Source of the DNA: Raillietiella orientalis
Lineage: Eukaryota
NCBI GenBank assembly: GCA_036172245.1
Contig: JAYWIR010000041.1
Coordinates: 744,001 to 808,000 of the forward strand
Direction of reading: 5' to 3'
DNA length: 64,000 nucleotides
Shown here: one piece after another, positions 23,155 through 36,899 of the stretch
Numbering within the stretch: the first letter of the stretch is position 1
Layout: each line of letters opens with the position of its first letter
Position numbers and translations under genes: made by a program
The notes under the pieces: generated by a model
Seen by the model: the letters and a program-made list of their open reading frames with translations, nothing else
Told to the model about the DNA's origin: nothing
The model's database searches: none

Positions 23155-26100
23155 TCGAGATGTGCAGGGATGGAGGAACTGTGCTCACTCCGCAATGGGA
23201 TATGCATCGAAAAGGAACTCGAACGGATTTTTCGAAAACGGAACCGGAAAATTTCCTCTTCTCATCCAAAACCCAAATTGTAGCTGAATAATAGGTACGG
23301 ACAGGTAAAATAGGATCGCTCTTACTACACAGAGGATTTATTGCCACAAAACCCCCAGGCTTCGAGAAATAAATCAATCGAATTATCAAGAGATACGCCG
23401 GATTTATAAATCACACTCTCTGGGAGACATTGAGAAAAATATAAGATCATGAGCAAAATATTAGAATGCTGTCGAAACCAGTCTGCTTTCGTATTCTAAA
23501 TATGCAATTTACGTGTAAGTATCTCGGCGATAAGAAAGGGCAATGAAGTCCCTGCTGAGATGAACTTCCGCCATCCGCCCATGTCTCCCAAGATCTTTTT
23601 TCCTGATCATTCCCTCTCTTAAATTAATAATCTTTTATCATTCCCGTGATTTTACATCTCATCTTTTTCGCTTATTTCAAATTTAGGATGCAAGATTTTC
23701 AACTTGAATAAGGATTCAGGAATTCAATCGACTGATTATATCCCAGACTCAATAAATAAATAAGCCAATGCTTCCCATTTTTGCTTTGATGTAAATACCT
23801 CTCCAGTATAAGCGATCATTCTGCGAATTCTGTGAATTTTTTCAGTCAACTAAAATTTACAACATATGCCTACATTTTTGTTTGTGTGTTTTTTTTTCTT
23901 AGTAAAATGAAGAAGAAGAAGAAAAAAAACAACTCGAAACTCTCAGTGGAACATTAATTGAGAAGAAATGCATAAAAGAGAACGAAAGGATCGAATGCAA
24001 CTACGGATCACACGATTCCGTGCTTTAGCAGATGAAACGAGAGAACAAAATATTGCCCGGTCAGCTCCCTGCGCGCGTAGAGACGTTCCCCTGACAACGG
24101 ATGCTGTGTGAGACAGATCTCCCTGTTGAAAAACCGGATGGTCACAGCTGAGCCAAACAAAAGTAAAACAGGTATGTGCCGAATGCTGGTCAACGAGACA
24201 TTTCTTCCAGCTCTTTCCAATTTTCACGTCAGATGACCACGGGTCGTTGCAAACCAAAGGACCCACGCGTTTACATCGAACGGCATAAAATTTGCCGACT
24301 TATGCAACTTATCCTCGATTTGCACGGAAATTCCTGTTTTTTTTTTTTTTTTTGAAACAAGTGCTGATTTAAGCTCAAGAAAAAAAAAAAGAAAAACTAG
24401 GCGAAGTGAGCACCGAACTCGGTAAATTCCCTCATAGCTCCTGCTTACAATGAAGTCAAAAACTGTGATTTATGATCTGCTTTTCTAGGAATTGACCTTT
24501 TTTTCCTTTTTTCATTAAAAAAATTTTTGTAGCATGTGCGACGTGCTACAGGAATTTTTTGGAGCAAGAAAAGAGTGTGCATTGATAGATCCGAATTTTT
24601 TTGGTCCATTGGTATAGGGTTTTCTCTCAAGTAGATGATGCTCCAATTTTTGCAGCACTTGGTTTATTTACTTTCACTTTCAATGGATAGTGGCCGCAAG
24701 ACACAGATGGTAATCCGGAGGGGGGGAGGGGGTCACATTTTTTTCATCTCTGTCATTTTCCCCGTGCAATTTGCCGGTTCGGTCACGCGTATCTCGACGT
24801 TCGGTTCTGCTTGGCAGTTCGGTATTTCAAGACATCAAAATATATAATTTTGTTGGTAAGATCCGAAAATCCTTCCGGCGTCGTAACATGGACAAGGAGA
24901 AAGAAACGGTTTTACCCGGCCGCAAGCTGAACACCACCTCTTTTGTGTGTGTGTGTGTTTTGTTTAGCAGATTACTACTCAGCACACCGTTACCAAATTC
25001 AATGAATCGATCCGATGCAACTTTGGCCTGCTTACCTTCATTTCTGCGTAGTTCGAATCCAGGAACAGTTCGCTAGGGTCCCCTGGAAGTTTCGGTGATG
25101 CCCGCATAAGATGTTCGACGAATTCCTCCCTGTCCATGTCTGCACCACCAAACCGTTGCCACACGCCGAAATTTCGAATCCTGGAAGGAAGGAAGGAAGG
25201 AAGGAAGGAGGGGGGGGGGGGGGAGAATGCATTGTTGCGCGGCAATGGAATTGCAAATTGCGTCACCAAATTGCACCGTTCTTCTGCGCTCTCGTCTTTG
25301 ATTTACCCCTGGCGTTTCCGCGTGCTTCTGGACAGCAAATGCAACTTGAAGGTTCTAGAAAGCCCGGCAACTCCCCCTCCCCCGCCCCGTGGCATCTTCG
25401 CCGCTTGTTAAAGTTACCTTAAGGCGGCGGATGACCAGCTAACGGCGTGTTCAAAAGTAGTGGATCATACGAATTCGTTTCCTAGATTGATGCCTGCTCA
25501 AGCGGTGCCGGACCTCCCAAGTCACAACTTTCTGCAGCGGGATAGAGTAGCATTCTGAGCGCTTTGTACCTGGGAGGCAGCTGCAGGAAGAAAGTGTGTG
25601 CCATGCTGATGGAAAGGAAATCGGCACGCAGAATTCTTGCCAAGGAGCCAGCCTTGCATTCCTCCTACTTGTTCAGGTCGAATCCCCGTGCCGGGAGCTT
25701 TCTCTCCCGTGCTCCCTCGTTAAAGTGTGCGGCTCCTGAAGGTGAGTCAACGGTTCTTCAGATCCTGCATTTTCTGCACATCAAGGACTCCGAGTGCAAG
25801 CCGATTGCAAAGGACAAGTCTTGTTTGGCTCTTGTATGGGCAGTGAGTCACGCTGTTGACGGGGGGGGGGGGAGAAGAGAAACAACGAGCCGTGATTACG
25901 CTAACCGCAAACAGCCTTGGCCATGATTACTTTGCAATGGGAGCCATCCCCAGGTGATTCCAAAACACGTCAGCAAGCCCTGCTTTTGGAAATTGAGCTG
26001 CGAGGGAGCAATCACCTAAGAGGATCCAAGAGTCTGCGGTTGTTGATCTCCACCAGTTTTACTGAGAATTAACGAGAAAAGCTCGAAAAGCAGACATTTG

Positions 26101-26859
26101 CCTTGTTCAGGGTCGTTGGAAAATCTTTCAATAACATGAGAGATTTTTTCTGTATGGCGCTCGTGGAAATTCCACGATTAGAATTCTTATTTGGCTAACG
26201 AAGTCATGGAAGAAACTAAGAGTTTTTCTCTTCAAAACTCATTATCTGTCTTCGTCCTCCACTGCATCTTATATATTATGTTAGTCAACTACGCCTTCTT
26301 ATGAATAATTTTCATACTCTCTTCTCCCCCCCCCCCCTTCCCTGTATAAATACAATTCCAAATGTGTTCAAATGTTATGCCACTGCTTCACGGTACTTTG
26401 GTGCACCAAACAGTAAAATCAAAGGACACCTCAGAGAGTAAATCTCAAGACTAAGGGGGTTGCTGCAGGGACAGAAACTTTCAAATCAACTTGGAAATTC
26501 CACTGCTTTATTGATGACACATCGTGATATCATGTACTGCGTTACTGATGTATGATCTATAGCTTCCGTATAAACTAGAGAATCTCAAGCCTAAAATCTA
26601 CTCTTTGAAGCTTGAGGAAAGTATTTTTGTTCTATCTTCTTGAGTCTGAGAACAGTTGTCCGATTGCTTGGAACCATGCCAGATGAGTTCTGGGCATTGG
26701 CAAATCCACTAAGGAATGGCACTCTTCAAGTGCTATCATCAAGAACACCGGACCATTTCCATACTCTAAGCAACTTATTCAAATCCAGTGCAAGCTACCT
26801 ATTCGCAGTCTACCTGAGACTTCAAGTTGAATTGAGCCATAGGATTTTTTAGAGACAAG

Positions 26860-27150
26860 TGGTCTTCCAACATGGCGGACGTCAAGTACTCCATGGAATT
26901 CTAGATGCGGGCCACTGGTGCCAACCAACAAACTTCCAAATTATGCGTTTTTGGTGGAAACTCGATAAAAACAAATCTGCACTTCAGAAAAGAACTGGGA
27001 AGTCCACTTACACCAGAGCAACACCGGAGAAAGAACGGTGCTCCCAATTAGCAAAACACAACATTCTGTTTTGCTTTGAATGGAGCAAAGGTGGTTGCAA
27101 CGTGTCGGTTCCAGACTTGCCTGCATCCGCAAAGGGTTCTGCTGCAGCGT
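26860..27150 (+). mobile_element. Decayed retroelement RNase H domain
   Basis: VFQ...HNILFCFEWSKGGCNVSVPDLPASAKGSAA resembles SVFQAE...I.F.W.KGH....GNE.AD..AK.AA. Confidence 0.4.
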
Positions 27151-28289
27151 GCCTTCAATTCTCGGGTAGTCAGGGAAAACAAGGACTTTTTAGTGACCTC
27201 CCATGTCTTGTGTTCGCCTGTCACTGAACCTACTTCAGACAAAGTGTTCTCCATGTTTAAAAAATTATCACAATCTTATTCTTATCAGCTTGGACCTTTG
27301 AATAGCTTGAAAATTCGACAACATGAATGCTTTTACTCAATGTAATTTTGATTATATAGTTTTCCAATGGTATAGGGTTGAGAATACGTAAGAATCAAGC
27401 GAGTCTGAAACATTATTCGTGTGATTCCTGTTCATACCTGGGAGCAGTGTTTGAAAATGAAGACAACTTTTGGATGGGTTAATTGGGTCAAGGATAATTT
27501 CGAGATTACATCTCGATTTTCGGAATAGTCTTAGCTGGAATAGGAAACCCGGAAGTAATTAGGGAATGAACGAAATTTGCAGCTTGAAGACTGGTACGTA
27601 CATTTTGGATGCTGAAAATTTCAAATCAGGCCGTTGGATATTTTCGAAAGGTCCAGTGCTGCATGAACAGTTCTTGTTTTTCAAAAGGAAAGATAAGAAA
27701 AAATGTTAGGTGCAATCCAGGGTTGTGCTAAAGAGCTTCAGTGTTAATAATCCGAAGCAAGCCCACTTAATGTAACTGACTTGAAAATTTTCATTATTAC
27801 CATTTTCCAAAACAAATTGAAATTTATCTACCATACTTACAGTTGTGGCTGTTTTTCCTCTGGATACATTCTGCACAATCTTTTTTCATGATGAATTATA
27901 TAAAGGCATCAACGAGTTCGCAAAATGCTTTGTCTGCTCGAGCTAGCGATTAATTATCAAAATGAGGGCATCTCCTTTTACGTATTTACTCTTTTTCATG
28001 TTACGCAGTGCTTCACCCGTTTTACCCTATACAGTTTAGGATTGTACAGGGTGATGAGTTTCTGCACACATATCAATATACCTGATGAAACTCTCTACGA
28101 TGTACTTAACCAGATGTTTTGAACAAGTGGAAATCCGAGAATCATGCCCCAAAATTTCCACTTTTAGAACATACTCTGTTTGTGTGGCTGATCGGCCGAC
28201 TGGTACGGCAGGCGAGCAGAGTGCAAGTTGGGAACCATCCCAGGTAGGGATGGCTATTCATATAAGTAACGAGCTCCAACAGATTCCTC

Positions 28290-30010
28290 AGATTTGCATC
28301 GGGTTTTTCCTGGTATTCTTACACCTTGGATAGAAATCCCAAAAGAGCACGGCAAATCTTCGATTGCATGTAATTTGGAATCCATTCCATTTGCATCCAG
28401 AAAGTTCTATACAATACTGCATCTAATTCCCGGCCCTTCGACTATGATCAAAGCGGAGTGCGCTGACGGCTTGGTCATCCTTGCAGATTCTGAGAATAAC
28501 CTGAAGTCTCGGCTGCGCCACTTTGAAGATCTAACGCAACAGGCTGGGCTCCCTATCAACGCATCAAAATGCTCCTGCTTGTTGTATTCGAGGAAGATAC
28601 GCAGGGACTCTGAGACTACGGGAAACGAGTGTAGACAGTAGATCAATCCCGAACATGAAAATTTCCGAGGCTTACAAGTACATGGGAAAGATGTTCGGGA
28701 TTGGCCTTTTCAGTGTGCAACCAACTGAGGAAGGAATCCTCCTCTCCAAGGAGGAAGAGGCGGTCGACAGTGGTCTCTGAGCTCGACGGAAGTTGCATGC
28801 GCTTCAAAATTTCTTCCTCCTTATTCTGGTACGATTTGGAAAGCTGAAGGCTGGAAGGGGCTGGAACTTCGTGGGCAGAAGAATGCGTTAGGAAACTGCC
28901 GCACCTTGCGACCAGAGCAGCCAACGAATATCTCCAAGGAGACACAAAGGAAAGACTGCCTAGATCTTTTGCAGCCGTCCGATGGAGCCAATGTCTTCAT
29001 CATGAACAGTCCGTTTTAAGCTGCTGACCCTCGCCAGACGAAATTTGGAGAGAGGACTGGCCACGGAGACCCCACGAGAGGAAGATCCACCAGACACCTC
29101 CAGATGAAGACCTCGGCGAAGTCCGCTGTCCGGGAAAACACCTGGGAAATGCTTAAGAACCAGCGGGGATGTTTAGGAACGACTGGAGAGCAGGAATTCA
29201 GGCGTCGTCCAGAACAGGAGCAGCCTGGGAGTTCTCGGATGGTGAACCCAGAATCCGGACCGGAGATGCCATCTTCGGTTCAACAGTCTGTTGCATCTCT
29301 CGAAGGAGGGGAGGATTCGTATCCGGCTTGCAAGCTGTTCGACGCAGGCGTTTTTGAGGGTTCCTCGCTCGTCAACACTCAGCCTCGGGAGGGAAAAAAC
29401 CATGGACTGTCGGAGTACGTCTCTGCTCGAACTACTTCTTAACGGTCGGAGGATTGCCGCCTCATCCATAAAGCCAGGTTAGATCCTCCTCTAACCAGAG
29501 GAGAGGAGGAAGATCGCTCCTGAAGATGCTGTGCCGTGTACGGTAAGGAGACTCTTCCTTACATCACAAATCATTGTACGGGGGATCTCGCCTGTACGTG
29601 ATGCCATTGTCGAGAGATTGAGAGAGCGAGATGAATACTTTGGTCTCCAAATCGACGCGCCTCCGGTGTAGATTCCACTCTGAGACCCGGTCTCGTGCTG
29701 CAGAGAGGCAACAGGGATGGTGATACTGAGCCGTTGCCTGCCCGCTTGGAAAGGGGGAAGAGGAGTTCGGGTGCGTTCGAAGCGAGAAGAAGGCCGAACG
29801 TCGGGACGTTTCCTGCCGACTTTTCCGGAACGGCTGGCAAGCGGGAAACCCACGCATCTCATCGCTGAAACTCTGGGGACGTGGCATCCAGGGAAGCGAT
29901 GGAGCCCTTCGGGATTTGGGAATCCCGCGACTGGAAAGACGAGACTGCTCATGGCGGCCTCACGCGTCCCACGTAGTCGCGTTATCCACGGGGACTGCCC
30001 GGCTTGAACA
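28290..30010 (+). mobile_element. Decayed R2/NeSL-like non-LTR retrotransposon (RT, CCHC, restriction-like endonuclease)
   Basis: CADGLVILADSENNLKSRL...GLPINASKC (YADD region), YKYMG (FKYLG), RCCAVYGKETLPYITNHC (CCHC finger) and ETLGTWHPG (GALGSW-type REL motif), in the expected order, with many stops and frameshifts. Confidence 0.75.
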
Positions 30011-30089
30011 TCCAACCGGATGCTGCTGAACCCCTGACGCCCTGCCCTGCGAAGAAGACGAGGACATCCAAGGGCAGCTCCACGAACTG

Positions 30090-30628
30090 AGGGATGGTGA
30101 CGCCGAAGAGGGAACTGGAGGGATCTCTGGAATCCCTTAAAATCATCGCCGGGACTCGCCATGTGCGATCGCGGAGAGTGAAAGGGTTGGAAAGCTATCC
30201 TGAGCCTCAAGGCGGGATGAAGAGGGGCGCTGCGATCTCAACAGCCTGTTGCACCCGCTCCATAGTGACGGCCCGCCATGTGTTGGAGTTCGCAGCAAAA
30301 GGAGGCCACCAGCCTTCATGAGGATAGCTGCAAGGTGGCCTCACCTACCAGAAGTCATCAGTGCGGTCACTACCATACGCAGTCTAGAAAGAAAGGAACG
30401 ACTGGGACCAAAGACCCCTGTCCCTACCCTTCCGTCTTTTTTTCTTTATTTACTATCCCTTCTCTCCGTTCCCCACTTTTTTAGAAGACGGCCTGCGTGC
30501 CGGTGCTCATCTCCAAATAACTCCTGTTTTTTGGGGGGGCATCTCTTGTATTCAGGGGATGCCGTTCCCTCCCCTCGGACTTGTGGTCTATCTTTAAAAT
30601 AAGCGTCCCGGCGGCTCCGGATAAAAAA
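30090..30628 (+). mobile_element. 3' end of a second L1/Tx1-like element related to 21770-23154
   Basis: AAISTACCTRSIVTAR and FMRIAARWPHL align with AASLAALCCLPGIVAAR and FIRIATRWPNL of the first copy. Same T-rich UTR and terminal AATAA-CCGG hairpin, ending in an A run. Confidence 0.7.
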
Positions 30629-33600
30629 CTGAGTATGTCATCGTTGGGCGCCTTTTAGAATTCAACAGGATGTGTATGGTGTGTAGAATTACAATCTAAA
30701 CCTACTTGGTTAGGAGGAGAAATCGGTTCTCAGTGACCACCGAAACGCCCACAGAGTTTTGATTTCCACTTTCTAATTCACAAAACCGGGAACAGTTTTA
30801 AAACCGAAAATAAAATAAAATGTCGTTCCAGGAGATGTTGTTTTTTTTTATACGTGGTGTACACGAAAGAAAAAAAGGTACTTCGAACGCCGTCCTTTCG
30901 CGTTATAAGGAGAATTGTCAAAACAGTACTCGAAATTGCCAATCTAAAACACTTCCTAATTCTCTGCGGCGACATGTGAAAAATTAGGGCAGTTTTCAAA
31001 TTTCCAAGTACCCCATTTTTCCCAAGAATTTAGGGCGAAACACCGACTTAGTAAGACTTTACATAGTAAGACTGCAACCTCGCCTAAATATGCAAGCGAT
31101 TTCGGTCGGGACCCTCCATTTCAGTAGCATCTTCGAAGCGATGGGCAGTGACGGACGCTTCCATGGCAACATGCCCAGACGAAAGTGACTGCGCACGCTG
31201 CGCTGGACGCGAATCTTCCCACGTGTTGCCAGTTTCTTTCCAAAGTGACCACGGTTCCCCACCGTGCCTGCCCTGAGATGCTGCTCTCGCTGCAGCCCGG
31301 CGCTCGTTTCCTCTTTGATTCTGCTTTTCTCTCTTGTCGGAAACTTTCCCTGCCGACGGGAGTTTCACTCGGGAGGAGACAGTGAAAACGGGCTCTGGGA
31401 CAGGTTCGAGGTCTTGGCATCCGAAAAGGGATTGTTCGGCTGCACCAGACAAGTGTCATCATTAGTTCATCCGAAATCTCACTTGCTAGGAAACGGACAT
31501 CGGAGAGAGAAACGAATTGAAGACATGAATTTCTAAAGAGAGAATGGAAGTCGAGTCTCATCCTCGTGCCTCTTTCTGTGATGATGAGTCTGCCACCGCC
31601 GCTGAATGCCTTTGGATCAGTAGGCTGTCATTCTCTGGAGCCTTTTAGACGGAGAGGGTTGTAGACAGGGAGAGATCTCCGACCGACCTGGCTCGAGTCC
31701 GGCCTCCAAGGCGTGACGTCAACGCGCGCGCGACCCGCGTGGCGCACAACAATGCCACCTAAAAACGCGGGCTGAGAGACTTGAAAATGGCCGGTCTCAG
31801 GGGTGCCTTTGCAGAGAAACGCAACGAGGCTTCAAGCGCATCTCTTTAAAGTGACTCATCCTGTAGTAAGGTTACACCTGCGAGAGTGTCCTTAGAAAAC
31901 AGACAATAATCATCCTTTCATAGTAATGCCGTAACGAATCTTGGATGTTAACGGGTAAGGCAGCGGGGGGGGGGGACGCAGTTCCCCGGTTTTTCCAAAA
32001 CCAGCTTCGCCGCCGCGGTATGGATTCGTTTCAGAACGACGAAGACTGGAGGGCTGAGGACTTCTGAAGGAGATTTTTAAACCTCCAGGATCAGAAGGCA
32101 CATTCTTGTCAGAAGCACTGGCTCTACAGTTAGTGTGCTTCATCAAGAGATAGGGTCTGGCGCTGTTGAAGGCACTCCTATCTCTGCTTCCAATTCTTCC
32201 CCGAAATACGCTCTAAGCATCCAGAGAATAAATAGAAGAAATAGATATTATGACTGAACGAAAAACGTTAGCAAAAAGAAGATTTCTTTGAAGCTTCAAA
32301 AAGAAAGGAACTACTGTCATTCCAAAAGCTGCCATCGAATTCTCAGGCCATAAACAGCACGCTGAAGTCTGTGAGGCGTAAATGATGACAATACGAGAGG
32401 TGACCACAGATTTACATGAACATGTCCCCGTGAAGGGAGAAGATGGCAGACTACATCTTGACCGGGGGGAGGGGGGGGAGCGTTATGGGGAGCCACTCTG
32501 ATTTCAGGAATACAAGACCGACCTCAAGCAGGCTCAGAAGGGGCTACCTTACGAGATGCTGGGTTGGGTTCGATTTCGTATCGTGACAGGCATCCATCTT
32601 TTTGTGTAAGAAGAACACATCCGTGCGGGGAGATACGTGTCCGCACGGACGAGTTCTTCCGTCCGAACCCTTTAACCTACCCCTTTTGCTTACCTATTTT
32701 CTCGAGAAGCAGTCTGGATGATTCTAGGATAACTAAGTCTGGCATTAGTGGGATACAACTCCAGAGCGTGGACACCTGACTATTCTCATTTCGCTCCAGG
32801 CCTGCCTTCCACATAGCACGGGACTTCTCCCGTGCTATGTGAATTCTGAATCTCCTCTCCAGCAATGATGATGTTTTCCAGACTCCTTACTCCATCTGCA
32901 ACCTGACGATTCAAAATAAGCACGGAAGCCATCAGGTACTTTTATAATCTGCAGTAAGGCTGGAAAAACGCCCTCGGCATCTGAGAGAACCTTTGACTGA
33001 AGAATGCGCGCGCAAAGCCTGGCTTTTCTGGACAATTCTTTCACGGCAAGTTTCCTCACTCATCTCCCTACCTAGAAACAATGGGGAGAGGGACAGACCA
33101 AGTTGTCCTGCAGAAAGAATCAATCAGAAAGATCCACTCTCGAAGTCTCTGGAGGGAGGAATTCACTCCGGCTACACGCATCTGCCCGTAGGCTTCCGAT
33201 GTAGTAGAGCAAGGGCTTCTCACGCACTGAATGGTTGTCCGTGAAAGACATAGTGACTGTAAACCCCAAGGAAGGAGAGTTTCCAGCCGGCATCCAGCTC
33301 TCCTCCTCACTATCCGCAATGCTGCTGGCTTCGGCCTTGAGATCAAGTGCCTCCCGGTTGAAACCTGACCGTAACGCAGCTTTTCAGGGAGACATTCGGG
33401 AGCCACTCACTCACACGTCTGTGGAGTGCAGGAGAGACTCTCTCCAAACGAAGATCTCCACTTGTCTGTGGGTGCATCGTTTGGGAATTCCAGGAATCCC
33501 GAATTCTAGGAAGCCTCCGTGGTGATTCACATCAACCTCCAGTGGTGTTCAGATGATTTCGAAGTGAGGAAAATAGACAGAAGTCATGTCCCATCTACTT

Positions 33601-34565
33601 GTCCACGACTTACGATAGAGTCAAACACACACACACACACACGTGGAGTGACGGGGAGAGAGGGGGAGGGGGGAAAGAAAGGAAGCAGAAGAGGGTCTAC
33701 CCCTTCCTATGTACGTAATCCAAGGCTCGAACCGTAATGTACGATAACTAAGTTGTGATGCGAGGGAGCTGCAATGATGATCCTGGATCCGCAAGCCAAC
33801 CGAAAAGCTTTGATCTTTTTTTTGGCAGGTGACCTGAGAATATTCCACGGGTTCTTGGGATCACACGTGCTGTTTGTCATGCATGGGTGGTTCGAGAAGG
33901 AAATGCAAGGGCTTCCATCGAAAGTAGTACCAGGAAGAAACGGATAGCAGTGATAACGAGTAGAAGTAGCAGTTGGGAGAGCGGTTACCACGATGATTTT
34001 GGCGAGATTTGAAGCATCAGAGGAAAAGAATTGGAGAAAATGAGACTCTCTAAGAGTCGGGAATGGTAAGCTCTTTTAAAGTGACAATTAAAGATGCTGA
34101 TTCGAACTGAGTTGAATTCCGCATTTGACGATCTACATTCGAGTTGAAGAGTAGAATAAATAAAAGAAGAAAATCAGAAATGGAAATAAGTAGAAGTTCG
34201 TTCCTTCATTTGATAAAATGTGCGAGGAATCCGCGTCGTGCCACTTATCAAGTGATTCAGTCTATCAAAACATACAGGGGCACATCCTGTCGGGATGATC
34301 ACCCTCAGATACGTGGATGCTTTGAATCTAATAAAATAGGAAAATTGATTTTTGCACAGATGTGCGTTTCCGTTCTCCACAACTGCCTTTGTGGCATTTA
34401 AAAGCGGTTTTCTGATTGGAGTCCTGCCTTTCCGCGAACTAAGCTTCTGTCTCGGACGCAGCATCACTTCGTAACAGAGCAGGCTGAGACCTTGGACGTA
34501 CATCAACTCTCAATAAGTCTTCTCTCCTTTTATTAAGGCTTCTTATGTTTGACTCAAAGGATAAC

Positions 34566-34571
<6 letters not shown>

Positions 34572-34614
<43 letters not shown>

Positions 34615-34753
34615 AATGCTTTTCCCGTTTGGAGCTACCGCAAGAACGAATAAGCTGGGAAAAAGGAAGAAGGAATTGGTGGTTTTCGGGACCTCGAACC
34701 TTTCTGATTTCAAATACACACAACTGAGATATGCAAGCGCACATGTATGTATG

Positions 34754-34793
<40 letters not shown>

Positions 34794-34796
34794 CAT
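34572..34796. repeat. About 165-bp duplicated segment, copy 1, flanked on both sides by (TA)n
   Basis: 34609-34774 is nearly identical to 44355-44520 (one substitution seen: GGACCTC vs GGAACTC). Confidence 0.95.
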
Positions 34797-34986
34797 ATAT
34801 ACACACGCATATATAAAGAAGCGACTGCATGAAATCCGTCGAGGTCAGTGCATCCATCTTGAAATGTGGTCCAAAGTTTTCCAATTTATTCTCAGACACT
34901 TCGTACCCCAGGGGTTTCTACATTAGAATAGAGATCATGTTTTAGGTTTCAAAGAAGTTTTTTTTCTTTTCCATCCTCCCACAAGG

Positions 34987-35214
34987 TTGGCATATCAACC
35001 TTCCTCGTTTCGGTTGACAGAATGGATAGAAAGCATCATATCGGTTATAAATTTATACGTCCATTACGACTCCCATGTTTTATCATTCCGTCGCATCGCT
35101 TATGGAACGTGCATTACCGCACGTCCCATAAGCGGACATGCGCTCCCAGGCAATGCGGCTGCAGATAATGAATTCAAGAAGACTTGCACACCGCTTCTGC
35201 ACCATCCACTGTAG
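34987..35214 (+). mobile_element. Decayed retroelement RNase H fragment
   Basis: YDSHVLSF...ITARPISGHALPGNAAADNEFKK resembles SDS...I...W.PGH.GI.GNE.AD..AK. Confidence 0.5.
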
Positions 35215-36899
35215 AGCTAAAATCTTGCTGACTGGAGGGCTGCCTAACACAGTGACGTCTGAGAAGCACATCCGGATCATAGGTAGCACCGCAAATTCTA
35301 GTTTTTTTTCCTTCTAGTGGTGAGACTCGTACGAAGTTCTTCTTTTAAGGTGAAATCAAGAAATGAAATGCACAAATGATGCGTGATCGGGCCGTGCTGC
35401 AAGTGCCAACGGGATCGGCAAGCTGAAGTGGATCCCAGGTATTTTTTTGCATTTCGCGCAAGTTGCGATCATGACGTGATCGCAGCTTGAAAGAGTCAAG
35501 GATGATGTAAATTAATAACGATCTCGCCTCGTCCCATCACGATTGGTGCTGCTAAATTTTTGTTGAAGATGCTTTAGCGACAAACAAACATTTTGGTTTC
35601 GCCCTTTAAAATTTTCAAGTGAAGCATTTTGAACCCGCTGAAAGGGCTTCTTTGGATACTTCGCACGCTGTAAACTTTTCTGTGTCACTCGGGATGTAGA
35701 CTGACACAATCATGGACGCACATTTCGTGTGATTCATCGGCACACTTTCTTTTAGAAAAAGACCACTGCGAACCTCGCGACGCTGTTCATTTTCCATTTT
35801 ATCACTGATTGCTAATGTCCGGAAGTTGAGCTAGATGGTGTGCAAGGAAAGCTCTAAGACGGCAGTCGACATTATCCCGCCTAAGTCAAGCGAGAGCATT
35901 ATAGATCAAGTAAACAGTCATCGATGCATTCCTTTTAAGAACAATTCCTTTTCCAGCTATTCTCAACACAATGCTGCCTGTTCTGTCCAAGAAATAGGGT
36001 CAGCACTCGTGGGCAATAAAGCATCTTTTATTATCATACAATAGCGCGTAACGACAAGGGCAAACAACCACGCAGCAGAGTGAACAACACACCATCAGGA
36101 ACAGTGCGGCTTCAGCTTACGATCAACTTGGAGATGGCATCTGGATTATGCTATGCTTTGGAAATGAAAGCAAGTAGATCGTGATTAGATCGCTACAGAT
36201 AGAGAAGAAGAAGAAGAAAAACAAAAGCAAAACATCGAACACCTGAATTATGGTATATGATATTCACTCAGGATGCATCGTCACCTGAGTGAACATCATA
36301 TACATAGGTAGGGAGGGCCTCGAGGATTCTGTCTTGCCGTTCTTTAAAAGGCTTTCTTTGAAGCCAAGGTTTTCAAAAGCTGAGGAGGAAAGGTTGTGGA
36401 TATTTCTGCTCCAAGAGAATTGGGAAGATCGTAACTCGGCATAAGGAGGGCAGAGAAGCTCGCTAGTGAAGCAAAGTCATTCAGGCGAATCCGGGACATG
36501 TGCGCTTTAGCAAACAAACCAACGAGGACCGAAGGTACCTTAGAGAGTTTGTGCCTGGAATCGGTTGGGCCAGACAAGCAAACCACGCTAAGGAAGCGAT
36601 GCATACCATCTGCAAGCTCAAAAAACTATATCATCTACGGGGATGTGACCTGATTCGTCTGAGCATAAGTGATGGTCGCATAACAGCACCATCCTTCGTA
36701 ATTTCGTACTGGAACGCTTTCAAACCGTAAGGATCTTCGGAAAAGTATGGAGATTCCCTGCTCGACTCTTGAAGGGCCCGGGTTTTTCCGTATCCACACA
36801 CCGAGGGTCTTATCTTATAATTCACTCATCTCCCAGCACGGCGTCCTCACAGGGAGAAAGTCCGTTCTTCATTTTCATTTGTGTTCCGTTCTTTCGCCA

